A stretch of 64,000 bases of DNA from an uncultured Planctomycetales bacterium (GTDB taxonomy: Bacteria; Planctomycetota; MHYJ01; JACPRB01). The notes beneath the pieces are model-generated. The model was given only the letters and a program-made list of their open reading frames with translations. It ran no database searches and had not been told where the DNA came from. The stretch covers positions 3,451-67,450 of the forward strand of contig CAZGKV010000003.1 in the NCBI GenBank assembly GCA_964526305.1, written 5' to 3'. The translations under genes were made by a program, and so were the position numbers. Positions 53,726 through 62,959 of the stretch are shown here, piece by piece; position 1 is the stretch's first letter, and the number at the start of each line of letters is the position of its first letter.

Positions 53726-56707
53726 ATGGACGGGAAAGCCCTGGGACAGCTCGCCCTCGTTCGCAAGGGCGTCGGACACGACCAGCTCCGCGAGGCGCTG
53801 GAGACCCAGTCGCGCTCCGTCCCGCGCCGCCCCCTCGGCCAAATCCTGGTCGAGAGCGGCTACCTCACCGCCTCGGATCTCGAGGACCTCCTTCGCGCTC
53901 AATCGAAACTCCGCCAGAGTCGCGAGGAGCGGTTCGGGGAGGTTGCGGTGCAGATGGGGTTCCTCACCCCGGAACGCCTGGAGCCCGCCTTGGAGGAGTG
54001 GCGTCGCCTGGTGGCCTCCGGCGCGCCCGTACAGCTCGGCCAGTTCCTTCTCCGCAGAGGATTGCTCACGCTGGACCAACTCCTCGAGGTCCTCCAGCGA
54101 CAAAAGCGCGTCATCATGCGCTGTCCTCGGTGCGCGCGCAAATTCACCGTCCCCACGGGCAAGAAGGGGCCGACCTGTCTGGGCTGTCAGACTCCCCTCT
54201 CGATGCTCCTGGAGGTTACGGATCCCGGGGCGGAGCTGCGCCGCTCGAAGCAGGAGGACTCCGGAGGTCTCAAGCGGCTCGGGAAGTACCAGATCCTGGC
54301 TCCGCTGGGTCAAGGAGCCAAGGGGATGGTCTTCAAAGCGCGGGATCCGGAGCTGGAGCGGATCGTCGCCGTCAAGGTCCTCAAGCAACTCGAGGGCGCT
54401 CGGCCCGACCAGGTCCAACGCTTCGTTCGCGAGGCGCGATTGGCGGGAAAGCTCCGCCATCCGAACATCGTGCGCGTCCACGACATCGGCTCCGACGGCC
54501 CTCTGCACTTCTTCGCCATGGATTTCGTGCCGGGCTCCGCTCTCGACGCCGTCCTGAAACGCAAGCCGCTGGGGATTCGCCGCTCCGCCGAGCTCGTGGC
54601 CAAGGTGGCGGAGGCGGTCCACTACGCCCATTCGGAAGGAATCGTCCATCGCGACCTCAAACCCGGGAACATCATGCTCGACGACAAGGACGAGCCCGTC
54701 GTAATGGACTTCGGACTGGCCAAATTGCTGACGGGATCCGACGTCCTCACCAAGACGGGCGCGGCGATGGGGACGCCGTACTACATGTCGCCCGAGCAGG
54801 CCCGCGGACGAGGCCGGGCCGTCGACGCCCGGAGTGACGTCTTCGCGCTCGGGGTGATCCTGTATGAATGCGTCGCGCGACGTCTGCCTTTCTTGGGCGA
54901 GAGCGTCGCCGAGATCGCGACCAAGATCGCGCAAGAGGATCCGCCCGCTCCGCGGTCGTTCGTGGCGCAAATTCCGCGGGATCTGGAATGGATCATCCTC
55001 AAGGCCCTGGAAAAAGAGCCCGAGCGCCGCTTCCAAAGCGCCCAGGAGCTCGCCGAGGATCTCCGGCGCTTCCTCGAGGGCGAGGCCGTCCGCGCTCGCC
55101 CCACCGGAATCTTCTACCGGATGCGCAAGATGGCTCGGCGGCGAGAGGCGCGCGTGGCCGCTCTCGTCCTCGCCTTTTCGACGGTATTGGCGGCGACGGC
55201 GGTGGCGGTTTCCCGCCCCTCCGCGCGCGATGCCCGCGCCGTCCCTCTGAGCCCGGCGTCCGGCTCCCACCTGGCCGAACGGCAGCGAAAGGTCGATGGA
55301 ACTCTCTACGCCCTCTGGGAAGAGGCGCGTTCGTATCTCCACGGAATCTATACCGCTCGAGAACTCTCCGATACGGAGCTCGCGCAGTTCCGGACGCGCC
55401 TCGCCGCCTACCGGGACCGATTCCGCGACTCCGGAGCCCTCGATCCGGACGGAGGCACCACGCTGGCGAAATACTTCCGAGCCCGGCTCCATCTCGAGAC
55501 GATGGAACACGACCGCGCCTTGGCCGAGCTCGAGGAGGCGATCCGGATCGAATCCTCCCGGAGCGGTCCGAATCTCGGCCTCTACTATCTCTTGCAGGCG
55601 AACGTCTACATGGAGCTCCAGATCTGGGTCCTGGGCGAGGACGGGGAGCGGGCGCTTCTCCTCGAGAAGGCGCGCGAATCCCTGGCTCGAGCCCGGGGAC
55701 ACGCCGTACCGAGCGAGGAGGAGGATACCGCGGCCTTGGCGACGGCCATTCAGGAGGCGACCGAGGGTCGATACGGCGCGGCGGTGGAGCGCCTCACGAA
55801 ACTGTACGAATCGCGCCGCAGGCCCGAGTTTCTGTGGGCCGTGGGGGCCGTTCACTTCACGGCGGCGGTGGCGAATCGCGACACCCTTCCGGTCCACCTT
55901 GAGCGCGCGATTCAGGCCCAGGAGCAGCTCCTGGCCACGATGCCGCACTATGCCAAGGCCCGTCTCGCGCGCGCCCACGCCCAGGTGCTCGCCATGCGCG
56001 GGACTCCCGCGATCCAGGACGCGACCGCCGCGATTCGTCTCCTTCCCGGCGTGTCCGACGGTTATCTCGTGCGGGCGACGGCGCTTTCTCTCGCCGGTCG
56101 CGCCGAAGAGGCGCTCGCGGATTGCGAGAAGGCGCTCGCCCTCGATTCGCGCGACGATTACGCCTACATGCAGCGCTCGACCGCGCTCGTCATGCTCGGT
56201 CGACTCGAAGAAGCGCAGCGCGACGCGGCCAAGGCGATCGAGCTTCATCCCGAAGGGGTGGAAGGCTACGTCGCCCGTGGGACGATTTATCTCCTGGAAG
56301 GGCGTATGGAGGAGGCCGAGAAGGACATCGAGGTCGTCTTCCGGCGAAGTCCCGGCAGCGTCAACGCCCACACGATGGGCGTCACCCTCACCATGATGCG
56401 AGGCCACTTCGACGAGGCGGAGAAGCGCTGCGACGAGTGGCTCCGGGCCGATCCCCATTCCCCGCTCGCCTACGGCCTGCGGGCGATGATCTACTATCGC
56501 CAGAATCGGCAGGAGAATGCGCTCAAGGACGCGGAACACGCGATCGCCCTATCGGAGGAAACCCCTCACGCGCGGCTCGTCCGCGGCCTCATCGCGTTCG
56601 AGCGGGGGGACTTCCGCACCGCGCGCAACGATCTCACCTTCTGCAAGGCTTATCCCCAGTTCCAGGAGATCGTGAAGGACGTGCTCCCGAAACTTCCCAC
56701 GCCGTAG
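53726..56707 (+). CDS. Ser/Thr protein kinase with N-terminal region, zinc ribbon, TM segment and C-terminal TPR array
   Basis: RBS GGAGGG. CPRCARKF...CLGCQ; kinase motifs (GQGAKGMVFKA, HRDLKPGN, DFG, SPE); TM helix VAALVLAFSTVLAATAVAV; TPR units. Confidence 0.85.
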   Translation: MDGKALGQLALVRKGVGHDQLREALETQSRSVPRRPLGQILVESGYLTASDLEDLLRAQSKLRQSREERFGEVAVQMGFLTPERLEPALEEWRRLVASGAPVQLGQFLLRRGLLTLDQLLEVLQRQKRVIMRCPRCARKFTVPTGKKGPTCLGCQTPLSMLLEVTDPGAELRRSKQEDSGGLKRLGKYQILAPLGQGAKGMVFKARDPELERIVAVKVLKQLEGARPDQVQRFVREARLAGKLRHPNIVRVHDIGSDGPLHFFAMDFVPGSALDAVLKRKPLGIRRSAELVAKVAEAVHYAHSEGIVHRDLKPGNIMLDDKDEPVVMDFGLAKLLTGSDVLTKTGAAMGTPYYMSPEQARGRGRAVDARSDVFALGVILYECVARRLPFLGESVAEIATKIAQEDPPAPRSFVAQIPRDLEWIILKALEKEPERRFQSAQELAEDLRRFLEGEAVRARPTGIFYRMRKMARRREARVAALVLAFSTVLAATAVAVSRPSARDARAVPLSPASGSHLAERQRKVDGTLYALWEEARSYLHGIYTARELSDTELAQFRTRLAAYRDRFRDSGALDPDGGTTLAKYFRARLHLETMEHDRALAELEEAIRIESSRSGPNLGLYYLLQANVYMELQIWVLGEDGERALLLEKARESLARARGHAVPSEEEDTAALATAIQEATEGRYGAAVERLTKLYESRRRPEFLWAVGAVHFTAAVANRDTLPVHLERAIQAQEQLLATMPHYAKARLARAHAQVLAMRGTPAIQDATAAIRLLPGVSDGYLVRATALSLAGRAEEALADCEKALALDSRDDYAYMQRSTALVMLGRLEEAQRDAAKAIELHPEGVEGYVARGTIYLLEGRMEEAEKDIEVVFRRSPGSVNAHTMGVTLTMMRGHFDEAEKRCDEWLRADPHSPLAYGLRAMIYYRQNRQENALKDAEHAIALSEETPHARLVRGLIAFERGDFRTARNDLTFCKAYPQFQEIVKDVLPKLPTP

Positions 56708-56830
56708 CCGCCCGATTTCGGGCGCATCCGGTCGCCTCTGGGCAGACCACAGACTCGGCACGAGGGAGAGAGTCCTGGCCTCTCGATTGCTCCCGACAGG
56801 GCACCGGGACTCAATTCTTCGGAGGGACCT

Positions 56831-57676
56831 TTGAAGATCCGACTTGCCGTTCTGCTCGCGTTCGCTCTCGGAGGGACCGCGTTCGCCGCCGACGACCCCC
56901 CCTCCACCTTCGCTCGGGACTTTCTGAAGATTCTCCGAAATCCGCAGAATGAAGCCGGGGCCTTCCTCCAGTCCGATCTCCGGCGTCCGGACGCGCTGGT
57001 CGACTTCTTGACGTGGCTCGACCGTCGCGTGCAGGAGGACGCTCGCTTCTGGATGGTCCTCTCCGGGGATTGGTCGAACACCAAGGACCTCAAGGAGGTG
57101 TCCCGGCTCATCCTGGAGCGGGCCCAGCAGGAGGGATTGACGCTGCAGCGGGGATGGATTCCGCGACGCCTCGCCATTCACAAAGCCTCGCACAAGGGCG
57201 GCGTGGTAGAGATCAAGGTGTTGAACGCGTTCCGCCCCAGGACGGGAGCGTACGCCGACATCGTCGAGCGGGGGACGAAGCCTCAAGGCCAGGGGTACAT
57301 GCTCGTGGGAAGGGGATCCTACGAATCGCTCGAGATCCTTTTCGACGTCTACGGAACTCCTTCGGGCTCCAAGAAGATCGGCATCCCTTTCGTAGAGCGG
57401 GATGCCAGCACGGGGTGGAGACACGCCCTCGGGGTTCTGGACGACCAGACCAGCGCCGGGGAGTCGGCCTGGCTGGCGGACGCGCGCCTCTATCTCCGGG
57501 GACTTCCGTCGGCCACGACCTTGGCCTCTCTCTGGCGCATGGAAGGAGACACGAGGGGTTGGCACAAGATTCCCGTGTATTCCCAGAAGCGCGCCAACGC
57601 CGGGATCTACGGGACCGGTCAACTCCGATGGTGGACGTTCTGGCGATGGGTTCGCGTCGACCCGATTCCGTACTAG
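56831..57676 (+). CDS. secreted hypothetical protein
   Basis: TTG start preceded by RBS GGAGGG. Signal peptide MKIRLAVLLAFALGGTAFA. No recognisable motif. Confidence 0.55.
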   Translation: MKIRLAVLLAFALGGTAFAADDPPSTFARDFLKILRNPQNEAGAFLQSDLRRPDALVDFLTWLDRRVQEDARFWMVLSGDWSNTKDLKEVSRLILERAQQEGLTLQRGWIPRRLAIHKASHKGGVVEIKVLNAFRPRTGAYADIVERGTKPQGQGYMLVGRGSYESLEILFDVYGTPSGSKKIGIPFVERDASTGWRHALGVLDDQTSAGESAWLADARLYLRGLPSATTLASLWRMEGDTRGWHKIPVYSQKRANAGIYGTGQLRWWTFWRWVRVDPIPY

Positions 57677-58143
57677 TTCGCGCCGGAAGGCGTCTCTTCC
57701 GCGGGAGGCGCTTTCGGACGTCGAGGTTTCGTGCGTCCCCCGAGCTTCTTCTCGAGCGAGACGATTTTCTGCTCGAGAGACTCTACGGTCTTGGCCAGCG
57801 AGTCGAATTCCGAGCGGGAGGGGATCCGAAGTCCCTTGAGGGCGTTTTCGAGGCCGGGTCCAAAAAACCGATCGGCGTGCTCGACGAGGGCTTCTTTGAT
57901 CTTCGCGCCCGACTGAAGAACGCTCGTGAAAAAGCTCTTGGGGAGCTGGCTCTTGTGCTTGCGTTCCTTGTCGAGGAGGATTTGCGACAGGGTGACGGTC
58001 GTGAGATCGTCGTCCGTCTCGTTGTCGAGAACTTTGACGTCGGCCCCGCCGCGGACGAGGGCCGCCACCTCCTCGAGAGTCACGTACCGCTTATCCTCGG
58101 TGTCGTACAGCTTCCGGTTCGAGTATCTCTTGATGACGCGCAT
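57673..58143 (-). CDS. phaR: polyhydroxyalkanoate synthesis repressor PhaR
   Basis: N-terminal IKRYSNRKLYDTEDKRYVTLEEV... is the signature PhaR DNA-binding motif. PHA-granule-associated C-terminal region. Confidence 0.8.
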   Translation of the reverse strand: MRVIKRYSNRKLYDTEDKRYVTLEEVAALVRGGADVKVLDNETDDDLTTVTLSQILLDKERKHKSQLPKSFFTSVLQSGAKIKEALVEHADRFFGPGLENALKGLRIPSRSEFDSLAKTVESLEQKIVSLEKKLGGRTKPRRPKAPPAEETPSGAN

Positions 58144-58225
58144 CGCTTCCCCGTGGCGGGAAGGGCCGCTCGAACCGGCGTTGGGGAGACCGGGCCAAGG
58201 CGCCCGGCCTCCCTCACGTCCGGAG

Positions 58226-58561
58226 CTACTTGTGCTTCTTGAGCGAATCGACCTTCGCGGCCAGCGCGTCGATCCGTTTGGCCAGGTCGACGAAGTCCTT
58301 CTTGGTCACGAGGGGCATATACCCCAGGACCCGCTTGACTCCGTCGCCCGCCTTGTCGGTCGCCTGGGTGCGCTTCTCGCCCAGCTTCTTGAGAGCCTTC
58401 TTGAGCTCGGGCTCGACCTCTTCGCCCTTGGACACCCACTTCTTGGCGAGGTCGGCAGCGCCTTCCTTCGCCATGACCGCCGCGCCGACTCCGGCGAGGA
58501 CGACCCGGCGAAGTTCCTTCTTCAGGTTCTCCAGGCTCACCTTTTCTCTGACCTTTTCCAC
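58226..58561 (-). CDS. phasin-family PHA granule-associated protein
   Basis: 111-aa alpha-helical K/E/A-rich protein (...AVMAKEGAADLAKKWVSKGEEVEPELKKALKKLGEKR...LVTKKDFVDLAKRIDALAAKVDSLK) of the phasin type. Adjacent to phaR. Confidence 0.7.
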   Translation of the reverse strand: MEKVREKVSLENLKKELRRVVLAGVGAAVMAKEGAADLAKKWVSKGEEVEPELKKALKKLGEKRTQATDKAGDGVKRVLGYMPLVTKKDFVDLAKRIDALAAKVDSLKKHK

Positions 58562-58753
58562 TTCCAGCCTCCTTTCATTCTAGGCTACGGGGGACGCAGC
58601 CGTCAATCCCTTTTGACGCACCGCATTATGGCCGGAGTATGACGCGCCGCGTCATGAAAGTCAAGAGGAAATCGTTCTCGAATTCGCGCCCGAGAGTTCC
58701 CTCTCCGCGGGCCCGGAAAAGCATCGGGAATACTTGACATCCATTACATATGG

Positions 58754-59278
58754 GTGATACACTCCTTCCGGGAGAACAAATCCGTGCCCGCCCTCTGGCG
58801 TCATGGCCTTCTTGCGATCGTCGCCCTCGCCTGCGGCGGGGCCGTCTTTTTCCTCTCGGCCCGCATCTGGGGGCGAACCGACACCCGGCTCGTCCGGGTG
58901 AAGTTCGACGATCGCCAGGGGCCTCGGCTGCTGAAGCTGGAGGGACGCCCCGACGACCGGCTCGAGTACGTTCCCGCCCCTCCCGAGGTTTTCCGGGCGG
59001 CCCGACCCGGGGACCAGGTGCTCTGCCGCGTCCGCCGAATCCCCGAGTTCGAGGTGGAATCGGCCGAATTCCGGCTCTATCGCGGAAGCCAAGAACTCGC
59101 CCGTTGGTCCGAAGGCGGATCCAAGTTCTGGATCGCCTGCGGTGGACTCTCCCTTCTGACGGGCCTCCTCGGGGCTTGGATCCTCGGTCTGGCCTTTCGA
59201 CGAACCCCGACTCGGCCCACCCTCTCTCCCCCGACGCGCCTTCTCCGTCGCGACGAGCTGACGCCCTTCTCGCGCTAG
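58754..59278 (+). CDS. hypothetical membrane protein (two predicted TM helices)
   Basis: GTG start. Hydrophobic segments LLAIVALACGGAVFFLSA and IACGGLSLLTGLLGAWILGLAF. Weak support only. Confidence 0.35.
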   Translation: MIHSFRENKSVPALWRHGLLAIVALACGGAVFFLSARIWGRTDTRLVRVKFDDRQGPRLLKLEGRPDDRLEYVPAPPEVFRAARPGDQVLCRVRRIPEFEVESAEFRLYRGSQELARWSEGGSKFWIACGGLSLLTGLLGAWILGLAFRRTPTRPTLSPPTRLLRRDELTPFSR

Positions 59279-59399
59279 CGGGAGTCAGCGCTGATTTCGG
59301 AGGTTGTCGCATCTCAGCGACAACCGAGGGAATCAGGCGTGTCGAACCACTAGAGATTGTTGTATCGACGCGCCCCCTCCGGCTGGTACTCTTCCAGCC

Positions 59400-60221
59400 A
59401 TGCGAAGGACGATCGCCGCGCTGATGGCCCTCTTGGGCTGCGGAACCAAGGTCGATTACGGATACCACGCGATCCCCGTCGACCGCTACTCCCACGAGAC
59501 GTTCGACGCGCTCCTCCGGAAGCACGTGGACGGGAGGGGGAAAGTGGACTATGGCGCGTGGAAGTCGAACGCCGAGGACATGAAGACGCTCGACGAATAC
59601 GTCAACCTCATCGCGAACGCCTCGCCGCTCTCGCGGAAGGAACTGTTCCCCACGAAGCGGGACGTCCTCGCCTACTGGATCAACGCCTATAACGCGCTCG
59701 TGATCCGGGCCGTGCTCCAGGCCTGGCCCATCCGGAGCGTGACGGACGTGAAGAGCGGTTCGAACTTCGTGCGTGGGCAGGGGTTCTTCGCGAACCGGAA
59801 GTACCGGGTCGGAGGGGAATGGATCAGCCTCTACGATCTCGAAAACCGACACATCCGAAACGAACAGGATCCTCGGGTCCACTTCGCGCTCAATTGCGCC
59901 TCCGGATCTTGCCCCCCGCTTCCGAACACGACCTTCAAGAGCGACGAATTGGAAAAGACCCTCGACGCGGCGGCCCGGGGGTTCGTCAATTCGGAGGAAA
60001 ACGTCTTCGTCAGCGAGAAACGAACCTCGGTGTTCCTCTCGAAGATTTTCGACTGGTACGAGGACGACTTCCTCAAGGCGCTCCGCCGGCCCGGAGCCAC
60101 CATCCTCGACTATCTCCTTCTCTATGCCGAGGCTCCGCTGGCGGAGAGACTCCGAACCGCGAAGGCGGCGAAATACGACATCGCCTACCTCGAATACGAC
60201 TGGACCCTGAACGGAAAGTAG
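59400..60221 (+). CDS. DUF547-domain lipoprotein
   Basis: Start reassigned to ATG 59400 (MRRTIAALMALLGCGTK, lipobox LLGC). ...AYWINAYNALVI..., ...HFALNCASGSCPPL... and ...FDWYEDDF are DUF547 hallmarks. Confidence 0.7.
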   Translation: MRRTIAALMALLGCGTKVDYGYHAIPVDRYSHETFDALLRKHVDGRGKVDYGAWKSNAEDMKTLDEYVNLIANASPLSRKELFPTKRDVLAYWINAYNALVIRAVLQAWPIRSVTDVKSGSNFVRGQGFFANRKYRVGGEWISLYDLENRHIRNEQDPRVHFALNCASGSCPPLPNTTFKSDELEKTLDAAARGFVNSEENVFVSEKRTSVFLSKIFDWYEDDFLKALRRPGATILDYLLLYAEAPLAERLRTAKAAKYDIAYLEYDWTLNGK

Positions 60222-60229
60222 GAGAGAGC

Positions 60230-61585
60230 GTGGATCACCTGATCGAGGTCACCCGGACCCTCTGCCCCGACTGCCTCCAGGTGGTCGACGGCCAGGTCGT
60301 CGAACGCGAGGGGAAGGCGTACCTGCGCCGGCGGTGCCCCACCCACGGGATCCGCGAGGGAATCGTGTCCGGCGATGTCGCGATGTACACGGAGGCGGCC
60401 CAGTACAACAAGCCGGGCACGATGCCCGTCAAATTCGGCGCCCCGGTACGGAACGGATGCCCGTACGACTGCGGTCTCTGCGCCGAGCACAAGCAACATA
60501 CCTGCCTCGCGCTCATCGAGGTCACGAACGCCTGCAACATGCGGTGTCCGACCTGCTTCGCTTCCAGCGGCGTCGGCGACTATCTCGACCTCGACACGAT
60601 CACCCGGATGATCGAGACCTTCGTTTCGCACGAAACCAACCCCGAAGTGCTCATGCTCTCGGGCGGCGAACCCACCATCCATCCCGAGATCCTCCGGATC
60701 GTCGAGATCGCGAAGGAGCGGGGGGTCAAGTGGGTGGTCATCAACACCAACGGGAAGAAAATCGCGGGCAACGAGGCGTTCGCGCGCCGGCTGGCCGAGC
60801 GGAAGGTGTGGCTCTACCTGCAGTTCGACGGATTCAAGCCGGAGACCGGACTTCGCATCCGCGGCGAGAGAGATCTGCTGGAGGACAAGCTCCGCTGCGT
60901 GGAAACGTGCGAAAAGGTCGATCTCCCCGCGATCGCCGTCATGACCGTCGAGGAAGGCGTGAACGACGACGAAATCGGAGCCGTCTGCGAATTCGTGCTT
61001 CGGTCGCCGATCCTGAAGGGGGTCTGTTATCAACCCGTGTTTCATGCCGGCCGCCACGACGGCCATTTCAATCCGATGACCCGAATCACGCTCGCGGACG
61101 TCGTGCACCGGTTGGTCGAGCAGACGAACGGGAAATTCCGAATCCGAGACTTCATTCCCGATCCCTGTCCCTACCCCACGTGCGGTTCGACGACCTACGT
61201 GTACGCGGACCCCGAGAAACCGATGGTGCTCCCGCGGATGGTGGACGTGCACACCTACCTCAATTACGCGCAGAATCGGACGGTGCCCGATGCGGCGCGA
61301 TTCCTCCGCGAACGGCTGGAAGGACTTTTCTCGGCGAGCGCGCTTCCGACGACGCCCGGGATCGTCGAGCGCTTCTGCGATTCCTGCGGGCTCTCGCTCG
61401 TCGAACTGGCGGCCGACGCGCCGAAGCGGCTCAAGATGATCAAGGTGAAGCCGTTCATGGACGCCTGGACGTTCGATCTCAAGCGCATCATGAAGTGTTG
61501 CGTCCACGAGGTCTCGACCGACGGCCGGCTGGTTCCGTTCTGCGCGTGGAACAACATCCCTCAGTACCGGGCCGCGCACCGATGA
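60230..61585 (+). CDS. radical SAM enzyme with N-terminal zinc-ribbon and C-terminal Cys-rich (SPASM/twitch-like) region
   Basis: GTG start after RBS GGAGAGAG. N-terminal CPDC...CPTHG. Radical SAM cluster motif CNMRCPTC, with SGGEPT and INTNG blocks. C-terminal Cys cluster CPYPTCG...CDSCG...CCVHEVSTDGRLVPFC. Confidence 0.75.
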   Translation: MDHLIEVTRTLCPDCLQVVDGQVVEREGKAYLRRRCPTHGIREGIVSGDVAMYTEAAQYNKPGTMPVKFGAPVRNGCPYDCGLCAEHKQHTCLALIEVTNACNMRCPTCFASSGVGDYLDLDTITRMIETFVSHETNPEVLMLSGGEPTIHPEILRIVEIAKERGVKWVVINTNGKKIAGNEAFARRLAERKVWLYLQFDGFKPETGLRIRGERDLLEDKLRCVETCEKVDLPAIAVMTVEEGVNDDEIGAVCEFVLRSPILKGVCYQPVFHAGRHDGHFNPMTRITLADVVHRLVEQTNGKFRIRDFIPDPCPYPTCGSTTYVYADPEKPMVLPRMVDVHTYLNYAQNRTVPDAARFLRERLEGLFSASALPTTPGIVERFCDSCGLSLVELAADAPKRLKMIKVKPFMDAWTFDLKRIMKCCVHEVSTDGRLVPFCAWNNIPQYRAAHR

Positions 61586-62343
61586 ACTGCTGCGTCGACT
61601 TCTACCGGAACCCGCTCGTCCGACTGATCCTGGGCGAGTCCTGGCATCCGGGCGGCCTCGAGCTCACCCGCCGCCTTGCGCGGCACTTTCATGGCCGGGT
61701 GCTGGACGTGGCGTGCGGCTCCGGGGTCAGCGTCGAACTCCTCCGACGCGAGTTCGGCCTTCGCGCGGTGGGGCTGGACGCGCGCAGGGAGGGCGTTTCG
61801 CTTCGCGGACGGGCGGGGCGCCTGCCGTTCCGCGACGGCTCGTTCGACGGCGTGCTCGTCGAATGCGCCTTGAGCACGTTCGAGGACCAGGAGCGCGCCC
61901 TGGCGGAGATCCGGCGAGTGTTGGCCCCCGGAGGAACGCTCGCGATCTCGGACATGACCGTGGAAGGACCGCTTCCGGCCGAGTTCGACGGGGCGATCGC
62001 CACCGTCGCCTGCCTCGTTCGAGCGAGGAGCCGCGAGGGCTGGGGCACTCTCCTGAGATCGGCGGGGTTTTTCGAAGTACGCACGGAAGATCGGAGCTCC
62101 GACCTCGACTCGCTCTTGCTCTCCGTCGAGGAGAAGGTCGAGGCGGTGCGGATTTTCGGGGTGCCGGTCGAGGAGGTCCGCCGCCATCTTGCGACCGCGC
62201 GCGCGCTCACGCAGGAAGGGCGGTTGGGCTACGCGGCGATGGTCGCGTCTCGAAGTGGGCCCGCGGTTTCCGCGGATGCTTCAGCAACGTCCACAGACCG
62301 ACGGCGGACATCAGGAATCCCCAGAAGCAGACCCACTGAGTGA
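61582..62343 (+). CDS. class I SAM-dependent methyltransferase
   Basis: ATGA overlap with the radical SAM gene. Motif I VLDVACGSG; acidic post-I residue; motif II-like LVECAL; LAPGGTLAI. The 3' end overlaps convergent lgt by ~137 nt, so the true C-terminus may be shorter. Confidence 0.65.
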   Translation: MNCCVDFYRNPLVRLILGESWHPGGLELTRRLARHFHGRVLDVACGSGVSVELLRREFGLRAVGLDARREGVSLRGRAGRLPFRDGSFDGVLVECALSTFEDQERALAEIRRVLAPGGTLAISDMTVEGPLPAEFDGAIATVACLVRARSREGWGTLLRSAGFFEVRTEDRSSDLDSLLLSVEEKVEAVRIFGVPVEEVRRHLATARALTQEGRLGYAAMVASRSGPAVSADASATSTDRRRTSGIPRSRPTE

Positions 62344-62959
62344 AGGTCAGTCCGAACCAGTAGACGCCGGTCCGTCCCGGGTCCCCGCGAAGAAACTCGA
62401 TCGCGAAACGAGACGCGGGGTAGAGCATATAGCACCAGCAGGGGATGAGTCCGATGCGCGGCCATCTCCAGAACAGCCACGATAGGACGGCGAAGATCGC
62501 GAAGCAGGCGCCCGATTCGTAGAGTTGCGTCGGATGTCGGTCGAGTCCGAAAGGAAGCTCCGCCGGCCTCCCGTAGCAGCACCCCGTCAGGAAACAACCG
62601 ATCTTGCCGATCGCGACGCCGAGGAAGATGCAGGGATTGGCGACGTCCCCCACGACCAGGAGATTCTTCCCACGGGCCAGGGAATAGAAAATCGCCGTCG
62701 TCAGCGCCCCGATCAGCCCCCCCGCCAGGAGGTATCCGCGGCTCCAGTCCCGGAGCATCTCCCAGGAAAAACTCGCCGGGTTCTGCGACAGAAAGCCGAG
62801 CTTGCCGCCCAGGATCCCCGCGAACGTGGAAAGCACCCCCATCTTGAAGACGAATTCGGGTTCGAGTCCTCCCGGCCGCGCGCGACGGAGCGCGACGATC
62901 ATCGCGACCCAGAATCCGGCGGCATTGAGGAGCCCATAGATCTTCACGGGCACGTGCAC
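62207..62959 (-). CDS. lgt: prolipoprotein diacylglyceryl transferase
   Basis: Multi-TM protein. HPTQLYES signature and G..G...Y conserved blocks of Lgt. Confidence 0.8.
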   Translation of the reverse strand: MHVPVKIYGLLNAAGFWVAMIVALRRARPGGLEPEFVFKMGVLSTFAGILGGKLGFLSQNPASFSWEMLRDWSRGYLLAGGLIGALTTAIFYSLARGKNLLVVGDVANPCIFLGVAIGKIGCFLTGCCYGRPAELPFGLDRHPTQLYESGACFAIFAVLSWLFWRWPRIGLIPCWCYMLYPASRFAIEFLRGDPGRTGVYWFGLTFTQWVCFWGFLMSAVGLWTLLKHPRKPRAHFETRPSPRSPTALPA

